Shown here: in pieces, positions 26,581 through 35,987 of the stretch | Numbering within the stretch: the stretch's first letter is position 1 | How the letters are laid out: each line of letters starts with the position of its first letter | Assembly: GCA_009835985.1 (NCBI GenBank) | Contig: VXWI01000011.1 | Span: 11,483 to 75,482, forward strand | Direction of reading: 5' to 3' | Length of the DNA: 64,000 nucleotides | Source of the DNA: Acidobacteriota bacterium | Lineage (GTDB): Bacteria > Acidobacteriota > Vicinamibacteria > Marinacidobacterales > Marinacidobacteraceae | The notes under the pieces: generated by a model | The model's input: the letters and a program-made list of their open reading frames with translations, nothing else | What the model was told of the DNA's origin: nothing | The model's database searches: none | Program-made: the position numbers and the translations under genes

Positions 26581-28002
26581 TCACCGGACCAGCGTGAACG
26601 CCTTCCGCGTTTCGTAGACCTGCTCGCCGTAGAGGACCCGGATTCCGAGTTCGTAGCGCCCCGGCGCGAACTCGCCCAACTCGATCTCCGCATTGGCGGC
26701 AGCCTGCCGCGTACTGGTGGGGAGCGCCTCGGGACGGACGAAACCGGTATCCCGTCCCTCCCGGCTCAGGGTGTACTCGGCCACGATCTCCGGTAACTCC
26801 CCGTCGTCCACGCGTTCCCCCGGGTAGAAGAAATAGAACGCGCCGAGCGTCTCGTCCTGCCGGAACACCGCTGTCGAGCGGGGCTCGAAGTGGGTGCGCC
26901 CGAATTGGAAGGCGCGTCCGGGAACGCGGCCGCTGTACTCCTGCATGGTGGTGTCGCCGTAGAGGACCACTGAGGAGAACCCGGGCTCCGCTTCGGGAAA
27001 GGCCGGCGTCTCGACGTCCAGCCGGGCGGTGCCGAAGGCGTCCGACTGCTCGTCCACGACGCCGAGCAGCAGTCGGTGCCGGCCCGGGGGGAGCACCAGC
27101 GAGGCCTCGAAACGGACGGGGCCTTCCGCGGACCGGATCTCGGTGTGCGCCGTTTCCAGCCGGTAGGTCGCGGTTCCCGGGCTTTCCGCCTCGGCGGACG
27201 CGGTCTTGGCGAACAGGGACGCCGCCAACTGTCCGTCCGTTCCGGGGGCGAGCGCAGCGGCGGGAGTCTCGAAGAGCAGCGCGACGTAGGTTGCCCGGTC
27301 GTCCACCCGGAAGTAGGCCGGCGTGACCCGGAAGGAGAACCCGTCCCCGGCCGGACCGTCGCCGCTCAGTCCGGCGAGCACGCGCCGGGCTCGGTCCGAT
27401 CCTCCCGCCGGGAGGTTCGGGATCACGAGCCGCCCCTCCCCGTCGCGTTCGAAGCCGATCTCCGGCCGGGCGATGAGACGCCGCCTCATCTCTTCGAGGC
27501 TCTGGTCAACGGCGGTGCGGTTCTCGAGGAAGAGCTGGCCGTCCTCGTCCCGGTAGTAGAGCGCTTCCAGTGTGTCTGCAAGGCCGTTTTCCGGATCGGG
27601 AGGGAAGGCCCAGAGGAGTCCTTCCGGAGTCTCCTCGGTAGCGGGCTGGGGCAGGGCCTGCACCGGCATGCCGAGCAGCACGAAGACCCGGGCCCGGTCG
27701 TCCCCGCCGTAGCCGCCGTCCTCCGAGAAGTTCGAGTCGGCGAGCCGCACCCGCGCCAGATAGAGGTCGAGGGTTTCGTTCTGGGGACTGGACGGGTCCG
27801 GATCCCGGCGCATCCAGAAGAGACGCCGGAAGGCCTCCCGGTCGCCGTGCGTCATCGCCTCGATGGAGGCGCGGCGCTCCTCCTGGGTCATCAGGAAGGA
27901 CTCCAGCCAGCCCAGTTCGGTGTCCGTGGGCCGGTCCCGTCCCTGGGCGAGAGAGGCCGCCGGGACAGTCAACAGCAGGACGGCAAGCAGGACAATCGGC
28001 AC
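26581..28002 (-). CDS. Secreted GWxTD-domain-like protein
   Basis: 473-aa ORF with a signal peptide (MPIVLLAVLLLTVPAASLAQG). The N-terminal block FWMRRDPDPSSPQNETLDLYLARVRLADSNF...GGYGGDDRARVFVLLGMP resembles the GWxTD domain, with the GWxTD core degenerate. The family assignment comes from recall. Confidence 0.55.
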   Translation of the reverse strand: MPIVLLAVLLLTVPAASLAQGRDRPTDTELGWLESFLMTQEERRASIEAMTHGDREAFRRLFWMRRDPDPSSPQNETLDLYLARVRLADSNFSEDGGYGGDDRARVFVLLGMPVQALPQPATEETPEGLLWAFPPDPENGLADTLEALYYRDEDGQLFLENRTAVDQSLEEMRRRLIARPEIGFERDGEGRLVIPNLPAGGSDRARRVLAGLSGDGPAGDGFSFRVTPAYFRVDDRATYVALLFETPAAALAPGTDGQLAASLFAKTASAEAESPGTATYRLETAHTEIRSAEGPVRFEASLVLPPGRHRLLLGVVDEQSDAFGTARLDVETPAFPEAEPGFSSVVLYGDTTMQEYSGRVPGRAFQFGRTHFEPRSTAVFRQDETLGAFYFFYPGERVDDGELPEIVAEYTLSREGRDTGFVRPEALPTSTRQAAANAEIELGEFAPGRYELGIRVLYGEQVYETRKAFTLVR

Positions 28003-28045
28003 GACGGAAACCTAGCGCGAAGACGCGTCGGGACACCTCCGGCTC

Positions 28046-28474
28046 GTGATCGTCCCGGACGTCAATCTGCTGGTTTACACCTGCAGCGAGGACGCGTTCT
28101 TCCACGACCGGGCAAAGGCGTGGTGGGGAGCGTCGCTCTCCGGGACGGAAGCGGTGGGACTCGCCTGGAGCGTCATGCCTGGCTTTGCGCGGGTGGTGTC
28201 GAATCGCCGGATGCTGACCGTCCCGGTTGGGGTCGAGCCGGCGCTATACCGCTGCCGGAAGTGGCTCACCCAACCGCAGGTCCACGTCCTGTTGCCCGGG
28301 CCAGATCGCCTGGATGTCCTGGCTGACCTGCTCCGGGGACCCACAGCTGTTTCGGCGCTGGCGCCAGAAGCCCACCTCGCGGCTCTCGCGATCGAACATC
28401 AGGCAGAGTTGAACTCAACCGATTCGGATTCCGCTCGTTTCTCCGGATTGCGCTGGCGAAACCCGGTCGCGTGA
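28046..28474 (+). CDS. vapC: PIN-domain ribonuclease toxin (VapC family)
   Basis: 142-aa ORF with a GTG start. The conserved acidic residues are MIVPDVNLLVY (Asp5) and the C-terminal AELNSTDSDSARFSGLRWRNP. Confidence 0.75.
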   Translation: MIVPDVNLLVYTCSEDAFFHDRAKAWWGASLSGTEAVGLAWSVMPGFARVVSNRRMLTVPVGVEPALYRCRKWLTQPQVHVLLPGPDRLDVLADLLRGPTAVSALAPEAHLAALAIEHQAELNSTDSDSARFSGLRWRNPVA

Positions 28475-28961
28475 CGGACTGCGTACCCCCCTCGGGGCCA
28501 CCGGTCGTGAGGTCCGTCGATGGGTGCGCGGGGCGCTCCAGGAAGTCGAAGTCCTCCTGGCAGCACCAGCAGGGTCCCGGGAGGTGCGAGGTGATGTTGC
28601 AGGTGAAGCAGAAGTAATAGGGCTCGACCGCTTTCCCGTCCTGGATCGTGTAGAGGCGGATGATCTTGCCGAGCCCGTCCTCCTCCCAGAGCGCAACCTC
28701 CAGCGGATGCCTGTGCACCCGCTCGTCGGTGAGGATTTCGCCCCGCAGGTCCGTGGGGTCCAGCCGGTGGATCGTGCCGTCCGGTGATTCGATCCCGAGC
28801 TGCTCGCCGAAGCTGCAGTCCGCCGCCGGTCCCGGTTCCCCGTCCTTGAGGCAGACCGCGCGGCCGGAGACGATGATCTCGCGTCCGTTCCAGGCGGCTC
28901 TCGTGACGGCGGGGGCGGCCATCAGGAAAAGCGTCGCACGGAGCGCATCGCGTCGGTGCAT
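28266..28961 (-). CDS. Hypothetical Cys-rich secreted protein, 3' end uncertain
   Basis: An internal ATG in ORF 28266..29045 gives MHRRDALRATLFLMAAPAVTRAAW followed by a region with high GC3 and protein-like composition (KIIRLYTIQDGKAVEPYYFCFTCNITSHLPGPCWCCQEDFDF). The last ~70 codons overlap vapC antisense and look low-complexity. Confidence 0.4.
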   Translation of the reverse strand: MHRRDALRATLFLMAAPAVTRAAWNGREIIVSGRAVCLKDGEPGPAADCSFGEQLGIESPDGTIHRLDPTDLRGEILTDERVHRHPLEVALWEEDGLGKIIRLYTIQDGKAVEPYYFCFTCNITSHLPGPCWCCQEDFDFLERPAHPSTDLTTGGPEGGTQSVTRPGFASAIRRNERNPNRLSSTLPDVRSREPRGGLLAPAPKQLWVPGAGQPGHPGDLARATGRGPAVG

Positions 28962-29045
28962 GGGACTGTGGAGATTAGCAGGGGACCCTGGGTCGTGCTG
29001 CCCCCGGACCTGCTGGACGGACGAACCGGAGTGAAGGAGTCGCAT

Positions 29046-29318
29046 TTGACGGGGGACCCCCGGAGGCTAATTAATGGGTCTCCCAATTCGGTCTCGCCTG
29101 AACTACAGGCAGACCCAAAGGAGGACTACTGCGGTATGACCCAGCGCAATCCGTCGGTTCGACGGCGCGATCTGGTTGTTGGGTTTGCCGCCGTCCGCCG
29201 CAAGGCGGGTTCTCCGCTGCGTTCATGGGCAGATCCAGTCCCTCCGGTTGACCGGTTGCGCGACTGCATCTGTCCGTAGCGCCTCCCCACAGGCGCGTTC
29301 ACCCAAAAGGAGACGGGT
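29046..29318 (+). promoter_or_regulatory. Long 5' leader/promoter region of the TonB-dependent receptor operon
   Basis: 273-nt intergenic segment of locally lower GC (GGCTAATTAATGGGTCTCCCAATTCGG). Two strong SD sequences are present: AAAGGAGG before the small ORF and AAGGAGA before the receptor ATG. Confidence 0.35.
29127..29279 (+). CDS. Possible small ORF (50 aa) in the 5' leader of the TonB-dependent receptor
   Basis: An ATG lies 11 nt downstream of a strong Shine-Dalgarno AAAGGAGG. It encodes MTQRNPSVRRRDLVVGFAAVRRKAGSPLRSWADPVPPVDRLRDCICP. No homology is recognised. Confidence 0.2.
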   Translation, partial: YCGMTQRNPSVRRRDLVVGFAAVRRKAGSPLRSWADPVPPVDRLRDCICP

Positions 29319-32171
29319 ATGAATTTCGGCAACTGCACCGGGACGAGGTCCCTGGCGATGCTGTTCGCAGCGCTGCTCGCGGGTATGGCCGCCACGGCGG
29401 CCGCCCAGGAAGCCGGCGTGTACGGCACGGTGAGCGACTCCACCGGCGATGCCCTGCCCGGGGTGACCATCACGGTCACCAACGCGGAGACCGGGCTCCA
29501 GCGAATCGCCACCTCGGGAGGCGACGGGCAGTACCAGGTGCCCTCGCTGCCGGTCGGCACCTACTCGGTGGCGGCGAGCCTCCAGGGGTTCCAGACGCTC
29601 ACCAACGAGGGCCTGCGGCTCCAGGTGGCGCAGCAGGTGACGCTCAACATCTCGCTGGAACTGGCCGGAGTCGAGGAGGCGGTCACCGTCACCGCGACGG
29701 CTCCCCTGATCGAGTCGCGCCAGGCGGATTTCTCCACCATCATCACCGAGGAGCAGGTCGAGGTCCTGCCCATGCAGGGTCGGAAGTGGCTTGATCTCGC
29801 GACCCTGAGCCCCGCCACCAGCCAGGACGCGATCCGCGGCGTCTTCTACAACAACGTCAACATCGGCGCCGGGGTCACCTTCTACTCGAACGGCTTCTAC
29901 GTGGACGGGGTCAGCAACAACTGGCAGCAGCAGGGCGAGCCGCGGCAGGATTTCCCCCAGGAAGGCATCGCCGAGTTCAAGGTCCAGGCGTTCAACGCCA
30001 GCGCCGAGTTCGGTTTCGCACAGGGTGGCTACCTGAACGTGGTCACCAAGAGCGGCACGAACCGGATCAGCGGCAGCGCCTTCGAGTTCTTCCGCACGAA
30101 GGCGCTCAACTCCAAGACGGTGCTCCAGGACGAGAAGCCCGACTTCTCCCGCCACCAGTTCGGCGGGTCGCTCGGGGGCCCGATCGTCGAGGACAAGGCG
30201 CACTTCTACGTCTCCGCCGAGTACACCGACGAATCCTCCTTCTTCACCGTCAACACCGGTGGGGCGTTTCCGTCCGAGGAGGGCACCTTCGAGAAGCCGG
30301 ACTGGAACTTCATGGGGTTCGCGCGCCTCGACGCAGCCATAGGCGACGACCATCGCCTGTTCGTGCGGTATGCGCACCACAACAACGAGCTGACCCACCG
30401 CGGCTCCGGCGGCATCCGGGCGGCTAGCAGCGGCTTCAGCTTCGGGGCCCCACGGCACTCACTGGTGCTGGGCGAGACCTGGTTCCTGAGCCCCAACACG
30501 TTCAACGACTTCCGCGTCCAGGTGGCGCACGCGACCTACATCGGCTGGCCTCCCGGACACCAGAAGTGGAGCGCCTCCGGCGAGTTCCCCGCCGAGCGCG
30601 TGGATGTCGGGCCGCTCATCAACCGGCCCAGCCTTCGCACCGGCTCCCAGTCGGCGTTCCTGGGGCCGGAACTCCACATCCAGGTCAAGAACGACATCTC
30701 CCACTACGTTGGGGGCCACGAGCTGAAGTTCGGTGTGGACCTCACGTTCATCGACTGGGAACCGGACAACGTTGGCGTCGCCGAAGAGTGGTGGTTCTCC
30801 TCCGACGCGCCGTACGACCCGAACGACCCGTCCACCCACCCCGACCGGTTCCGGCAGCGGCTTCTGCCCCGCTATGACGATTTCGAGAACACGGAGCACT
30901 CCTTCTACATCAGCGACACCTGGATCGTGAATCCCCGGCTCACGCTGAACCTCGGTCTGCGGTACGACCTGCAGCAGGGCGTCTGGAACGAGAACCTGCT
31001 CGAGGAAACGGTGCCCGAGATCCTGGTCCGGGACCGGGTCGTGCGCCCGGCCGGCCGGCTCGATCCGTCCCTCTTCCCGTTCTACGACAACAGCACCCGC
31101 GGGGACAACGACAACTTCGGCCCCCGGCTGGGACTCGTGTGGGACCCGACTGGCGACGGCCGGCAGTCCGTGCGGGCCGCCTGGGGCGTCTTCTACAACC
31201 GCTACCGCGCCAACGGCGCCCCGCGCGCCGAGCGGAATCCGGAGGACCTGCTGGTCGTGATCCAAAACCCCAGCTATCCCGATCCCTATGAGGGGCAGGA
31301 TCCCTTCGAGGTTGCCCGCTCCCAGCGGAACTATTCCATCCAGGGCAACGAGAACCGGACGCCCTACACCAACCAGTACAGCCTGGGCTACACCGTCCAG
31401 CTCGGAGACGACCTGAGCGTGAGCGTGGACGGCATCGCGGCGGACGGCTTCAACCAGCACACCCAGATCGACTTCAACTACCCGTTGACGCCGGGAGGGG
31501 ACCGGCCCTACGCCCCCATCGGCCGCGTCACCGCGGGTATGACGGACGGCGAAATGAAGTACCGCGCACTGTCAGCGAGAGTGACGAAGCGGCTCGCGAA
31601 CAACTGGCAGATGCTCGGTTCCTACACGCTCGCCGACGTGCAGGCCGACAACGAGCGCTTTCCCGCGGACCACTTCAACCGCGGCGCCGACTACGGGCAC
31701 GTGCCCGCCGACCGGCGTCACCGGCTGACGGTCAGCGGTCTCGCGATGCTCCCCGGAGGCATCAACCTGAGCGGCATCGTTCGGTACCAGAGCGCCCTGC
31801 CGTTCGACGTCACGGCGGGGAGCGACCTGAACGGGGACGGCATCGGCGGCGACCGGCCGCCGGGGATCAATCTCCGGGACGGCTGCCGGGACCTCGACCT
31901 GAACGCCGCGAACGCCTACCGGGCCGCGAACGGACTGTCGACCGTCTCCTCGGTCGAGTGTCCCGCCTACGCCACCGTGGACGTGCTGGCGGCGAAGGAG
32001 TTCGGTTTCGGCGACAACGCCTACGTCGAGGCCATCTTCCAGGTGTTCAACCTGCTGAACCGCGCCAACTACTTCCCTCCGAACGGGAACCTCCGTTCCG
32101 GAGGCTTCGGGATGTCGACGCAGGTTTCCGAGGCCCGGCAGATCGAGCTGGCGCTCCGGATCCGGTTCTAG
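29319..32171 (+). CDS. TonB-dependent outer-membrane receptor with N-terminal carboxypeptidase-regulatory-like domain
   Basis: 950-aa ORF with a signal peptide. The CarboxypepD_reg block is YGTVSDSTGDALPGVTITVTNAETGLQRIATSGGDGQYQVPSLPVGTYSV. A plug region follows. The C-terminal beta-barrel ends in ...LALRIRF. Confidence 0.85.
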   Translation: MNFGNCTGTRSLAMLFAALLAGMAATAAAQEAGVYGTVSDSTGDALPGVTITVTNAETGLQRIATSGGDGQYQVPSLPVGTYSVAASLQGFQTLTNEGLRLQVAQQVTLNISLELAGVEEAVTVTATAPLIESRQADFSTIITEEQVEVLPMQGRKWLDLATLSPATSQDAIRGVFYNNVNIGAGVTFYSNGFYVDGVSNNWQQQGEPRQDFPQEGIAEFKVQAFNASAEFGFAQGGYLNVVTKSGTNRISGSAFEFFRTKALNSKTVLQDEKPDFSRHQFGGSLGGPIVEDKAHFYVSAEYTDESSFFTVNTGGAFPSEEGTFEKPDWNFMGFARLDAAIGDDHRLFVRYAHHNNELTHRGSGGIRAASSGFSFGAPRHSLVLGETWFLSPNTFNDFRVQVAHATYIGWPPGHQKWSASGEFPAERVDVGPLINRPSLRTGSQSAFLGPELHIQVKNDISHYVGGHELKFGVDLTFIDWEPDNVGVAEEWWFSSDAPYDPNDPSTHPDRFRQRLLPRYDDFENTEHSFYISDTWIVNPRLTLNLGLRYDLQQGVWNENLLEETVPEILVRDRVVRPAGRLDPSLFPFYDNSTRGDNDNFGPRLGLVWDPTGDGRQSVRAAWGVFYNRYRANGAPRAERNPEDLLVVIQNPSYPDPYEGQDPFEVARSQRNYSIQGNENRTPYTNQYSLGYTVQLGDDLSVSVDGIAADGFNQHTQIDFNYPLTPGGDRPYAPIGRVTAGMTDGEMKYRALSARVTKRLANNWQMLGSYTLADVQADNERFPADHFNRGADYGHVPADRRHRLTVSGLAMLPGGINLSGIVRYQSALPFDVTAGSDLNGDGIGGDRPPGINLRDGCRDLDLNAANAYRAANGLSTVSSVECPAYATVDVLAAKEFGFGDNAYVEAIFQVFNLLNRANYFPPNGNLRSGGFGMSTQVSEARQIELALRIRF

Positions 32172-32181
32172 GGACAACCCG

Positions 32182-32215
32182 GCCGGCGCCGCCGCCCCTG
32201 GTGGTGGCGGCGCCG
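32182..32215 (+). terminator. GC-rich stem-loop after the TonB-dependent receptor gene (candidate intrinsic terminator)
   Basis: CCGGCGCCGCCGCC-CCTGGTGGT-GGCGGCGCCGG forms an inverted repeat 11 nt after the TAG stop. No strong U-tract follows. Confidence 0.35.
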
Positions 32216-32305
32216 GTCTGAACCGACACTCTCGGGGAGGGCACCCCACGTCACCCCGTCCACAGATCGCGGAGGCAGCAAGTCTCCGCTCACGGGAGAT
32301 CCACC

Positions 32306-32830
32306 ATGAAGACGACCGGTCGGCTGACCTTCCTCTCGTTGCTCGTGGCCGGCGCGGCGCTCGCGCTGGTCGCCTGTACCGCCCCGCCTCCCATGGAAGA
32401 GGAGGACGAGGGCACGCTCATCACCGGAGTCTGGGCCTTCGTGTCGGAGACGAACACCGAGACCGGGGAACTCGTGCGGGACGACTCGACCTGGAGCGGG
32501 ATCTGGGTCTTCACGAACGGCTACCACTGCCTCGCCCGCATGGACAACAACCGGACCGCGCGTTCGGCCGCCGAGCTCGCCGAGCTCACGCCCGAGGAAC
32601 AGGTGGCGCACTACCAGCAACTCCTCAACTACTCCGGGACCGCCGGCACCTACCAGGTCGAGGGGGACACCCTCCTGCGCCAGTGGGACGTCAGCCTGGG
32701 GCCGGACATCATCGGGCTCGAGTCGGTCGCGAAGGTCCGGGTGGAAGGCGACCGGATGTTCGTGGACCTGCCGCGGCGCAGCGAGGAGTCGGGGCCCGCG
32801 GTCCAGGTGATCTATCGTCGGCTCGAGTAA
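32306..32830 (+). CDS. Hypothetical lipoprotein
   Basis: 174-aa ORF with a lipobox (LALVAC). It sits between the TonB receptor and the BNR gene. Confidence 0.6.
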   Translation: MKTTGRLTFLSLLVAGAALALVACTAPPPMEEEDEGTLITGVWAFVSETNTETGELVRDDSTWSGIWVFTNGYHCLARMDNNRTARSAAELAELTPEEQVAHYQQLLNYSGTAGTYQVEGDTLLRQWDVSLGPDIIGLESVAKVRVEGDRMFVDLPRRSEESGPAVQVIYRRLE

Positions 32831-32876
32831 CGCGAACGCTCGGCCCCGATCGTCCCTTCCGCAGAAAGGAGCAAAG

Positions 32877-35800
32877 ATGAAAACCACCACCCGGCTGCTC
32901 GCCTTGACCCTCCTGGTTGCCCCGGCCGCGGCCGGCGCCCAGAACGACGTCTACGACCCCGCCACCTACCAGGCCCTCAAGTACCGGATGATCGGGCCCC
33001 ACAAGGGCTCCCGGGTCACTGCGGTGGCGGGCATCGCCGAGCAGCCCTGGACCTACTTCATGGGCACGAACGGCGGCGGCCTCTGGAAGACCACCGACGC
33101 GGGCGAGAGCTGGGTGAACGTCTCGGACGGCTACTACACCTCGAGTTCCATCGGCGCGATCGACGTGGCGGACTCCGACCCGAGCATCGTCTATGTGGGA
33201 AGCGGTTCGACCGCCATCCGGGGCAACGTCTCCCCGGGGGACGGGATGTACAAGTCCACGGACGGCGGAGAGAGCTGGACCCACGTCGGACTCCGCGACG
33301 CCGGACAGATCGGCCGGGTGATCATCCATCCGCAGAACCCGGACATCGTCCACGCGGCGGTGCTCGGCCACGCCTTCGGGCCCAACGACATGCGCGGGGT
33401 CTTCCGGACCACCGATGGCGGCGCCACCTGGGAGAAGGTTCTCTACGTCAGCGAACGGACCGGCACGAACGAAATCGCCATGGACCCCTCGAACCCGGAC
33501 GTGCTCTACGCGACCATGTGGACCGCGGAGCGGAAGCCCTGGACCATGATCTCGGGCAGCGAGGAAGGCGGGATCTACAAGACGACGGACGGCGGGGATA
33601 CCTGGACGGAACTCACGAACGGCCTGCCCACGGGGATGATCGGGCGGACCGGGATCTCGGTCTCCGGCGCGAATCCGAACCGGGTGTGGGCGCTCGTCGA
33701 GGCGCGGGACGGCGGCGTCTATCGCTCGGACGACGCCGGTGCGTCCTTCCAGCTCATCAACGACGACCGGGAGCTCCAGAACCGGCCCTGGTACTACATG
33801 CACATCTACGCCGATCCGGTCGATGTGGACCGGGTCTACGTGGTGAGCCGCTTCTTCCACCGCTCGGACGACGCCGGCGAGACCTTCGACCTCATCGCCA
33901 CGCCGCACGGCGACAACCACGACCTCTGGGTCAATCCGGGCAACAACCAGATCATGGTCCAGGGGAACGACGGCGGCGCGAACGTCTCCTGGAACGGGGG
34001 ACGCACCTGGTCGAGCCAGTTGAACCAGCCGACTTCCGAGATGTACCGGGTGAGCGTGGACCACCAGTTCCCCTACCGGGTCTACGGCTCGGCGCAGGAC
34101 ACCTGGGAGGTGATTTCGGTGCCGAGCCGGTCCGCCCACTACGGGATGCGCCTCCAGCTCCAGCACTGGGACGGCGTCGGCGGCATGGAAGGCGGGGTCG
34201 CGGTCATCCGGCCCGACAACCCGAACATCGTCTTCGCCGGGAGCACCAGCGGGGCGATCACCCGCTTCGACCGCGCCACCGGCCAGATCCGCCCGATCAA
34301 GGCCTATCCGGAGGTCGGCGGGATGCCGGCGAAACATCTCCGCTACCGCTTCCAGCGGACGGCGCCGATCATTCTCTCGCCGCACGACCCGAACGTGCTC
34401 TACCACGCGTCGCACGTGGTCCACCGCTCCACGAACGAGGGCCAGACCTGGGAGGTCATCAGCCCCGACCTGACCACCGCCGATCCCGAGAGGATCGGTA
34501 CCTGGGGCGGCCCCATCACCCGCGAGGTCACGAGCGAGGAGGTCTACTGCACCATCTTCGCGCTCGCCGAATCGAAGCACCTGCCGGGGGTGCTCTGGGC
34601 CGGCACCGACGACGGACTCGTCCACATCTCGCGGGACGGCGGCGAGAACTGGACGAACATCACTCCGCCGGACATGCCGGACTCCGGGACGGTGAACATC
34701 CTGGAGGTCTCGCCGCACACCGCGGGACGCGCCTTCATCTCGGTGGTCCGTTTCCGCCTCGACGACTTCCGGCCCTACGTCTTCCGCACCGACGACTTCG
34801 GGGAGAGCTGGACGCTGCTCACCGACGGGACGAACGGGATCCCCGCCGACCAGTGGGTGCGGGCGGTGCGGGAGGACCCCGACCGGAAAGGGCTTCTCTA
34901 CGCCGCCACCGAGTACGGCGTGTTCGTCTCCTTCGACGACGGCGCGCACTGGCAGTCGCTCCAGCTCAACTTCCCGGTGGCCCCCGTCACCGACCTGGTC
35001 GTCCACGAGAAGGACCTGGTGCTCTCGACGAAGGGCCGTTCCTTCTGGATCCTCGACGACCTGTCTCCGCTCCACCAGTTGACGGATGAGGTGGCGGGCT
35101 CGGCGGCGCACCTCTTCGCGCCGCGGGACGCCCACCGGGTCAGGACCGCGGAGGAGGAAGCGGTGGACGAGTACGTGGGCGGCTGGCGGTCGGTTGCGAA
35201 CCCCCGCGACCTCTACGGGGGCGCGCGCATCACCCGCGACCGGCAGGGCACCGACGCCCCGAACGGCGCCACGATCTACACGTGGTTCGCCGAGGCCCCG
35301 GCGGGCGAGGTGACCCTTGAAGTCCTCAATGCAGCCGGCGAGGTCATCCGGCGCTTTTCCAGCGAGGACGATCCCAAGGATGCTTCCGTGATCGCCCGGC
35401 CGGAGGCGCCCTTCTTCAAGGAGGAGAGCACCTTCTTCAATGCGGGGTTGAACCGTTTCGTGTGGGATCTCAGGCATCCGCCAGCGCTCGGCGGCGCCCC
35501 GCTCGGGCCGCTGGTTGTCCCGGGGACGTACCGGATTCGGGTCTCGACCGGGGATTGGAGCGGGACGCAGCCGATCGAGGTTCTCCGCGACCCTCGCGTC
35601 ACCACCACGGCCGGGGAGTTCCAGAGCCAGTTCGACCTGCTCCTGAGGCTTCGGGACCGGATCACCGATCTCCACCGGGCGGTGGCGGAGATCCGGGAGC
35701 TACGCGAGGGGGCGTCGGCGTCCGTCGCGGAACGGCTCACCCGCATCGAACGGGAACTCGTGCCGCTACCCGAGGACTACGACCGCGAAGATCAGGACTA

Positions 35801-35963
35801 CGCCCCCAAGCTGATCCAGCAACTCGACCTGCTCTACGGGTACGTCGAAGGAGCGGATTCGGAGCCGACCGATTCCGCGTTCGAGCGGTTCGATGACCTG
35901 GACCCCATCCTCAGCGGCCTCCTGGAGGAGCTCCGCGGGGTGGCGGAATCCGTCGGGAACTGA
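32877..35963 (+). CDS. Secreted BNR/sortilin (Vps10)-like repeat protein
   Basis: 1028-aa ORF with a signal peptide. Many BNR-like repeats are present (WKTTDAGESW, YKSTDGGESWTHV, FRTTDGGATWEKV, YKTTDGGDTWTEL, HRSDDAGETF, ISRDGGENWTNI). Confidence 0.8.
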   Translation: MKTTTRLLALTLLVAPAAAGAQNDVYDPATYQALKYRMIGPHKGSRVTAVAGIAEQPWTYFMGTNGGGLWKTTDAGESWVNVSDGYYTSSSIGAIDVADSDPSIVYVGSGSTAIRGNVSPGDGMYKSTDGGESWTHVGLRDAGQIGRVIIHPQNPDIVHAAVLGHAFGPNDMRGVFRTTDGGATWEKVLYVSERTGTNEIAMDPSNPDVLYATMWTAERKPWTMISGSEEGGIYKTTDGGDTWTELTNGLPTGMIGRTGISVSGANPNRVWALVEARDGGVYRSDDAGASFQLINDDRELQNRPWYYMHIYADPVDVDRVYVVSRFFHRSDDAGETFDLIATPHGDNHDLWVNPGNNQIMVQGNDGGANVSWNGGRTWSSQLNQPTSEMYRVSVDHQFPYRVYGSAQDTWEVISVPSRSAHYGMRLQLQHWDGVGGMEGGVAVIRPDNPNIVFAGSTSGAITRFDRATGQIRPIKAYPEVGGMPAKHLRYRFQRTAPIILSPHDPNVLYHASHVVHRSTNEGQTWEVISPDLTTADPERIGTWGGPITREVTSEEVYCTIFALAESKHLPGVLWAGTDDGLVHISRDGGENWTNITPPDMPDSGTVNILEVSPHTAGRAFISVVRFRLDDFRPYVFRTDDFGESWTLLTDGTNGIPADQWVRAVREDPDRKGLLYAATEYGVFVSFDDGAHWQSLQLNFPVAPVTDLVVHEKDLVLSTKGRSFWILDDLSPLHQLTDEVAGSAAHLFAPRDAHRVRTAEEEAVDEYVGGWRSVANPRDLYGGARITRDRQGTDAPNGATIYTWFAEAPAGEVTLEVLNAAGEVIRRFSSEDDPKDASVIARPEAPFFKEESTFFNAGLNRFVWDLRHPPALGGAPLGPLVVPGTYRIRVSTGDWSGTQPIEVLRDPRVTTTAGEFQSQFDLLLRLRDRITDLHRAVAEIRELREGASASVAERLTRIERELVPLPEDYDREDQDYAPKLIQQLDLLYGYVEGADSEPTDSAFERFDDLDPILSGLLEELRGVAESVGN

Positions 35964-35987
35964 GCCGGAAACGGAAGGGAGTTCGTC

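Noticed and set aside
29046-29318. Cobalamin or other riboswitch upstream of the TonB-dependent receptor.
   Set aside because: No B12-box (GCCACTG-like) or other riboswitch consensus I can recognise by eye. It is kept only as a generic long-leader observation.
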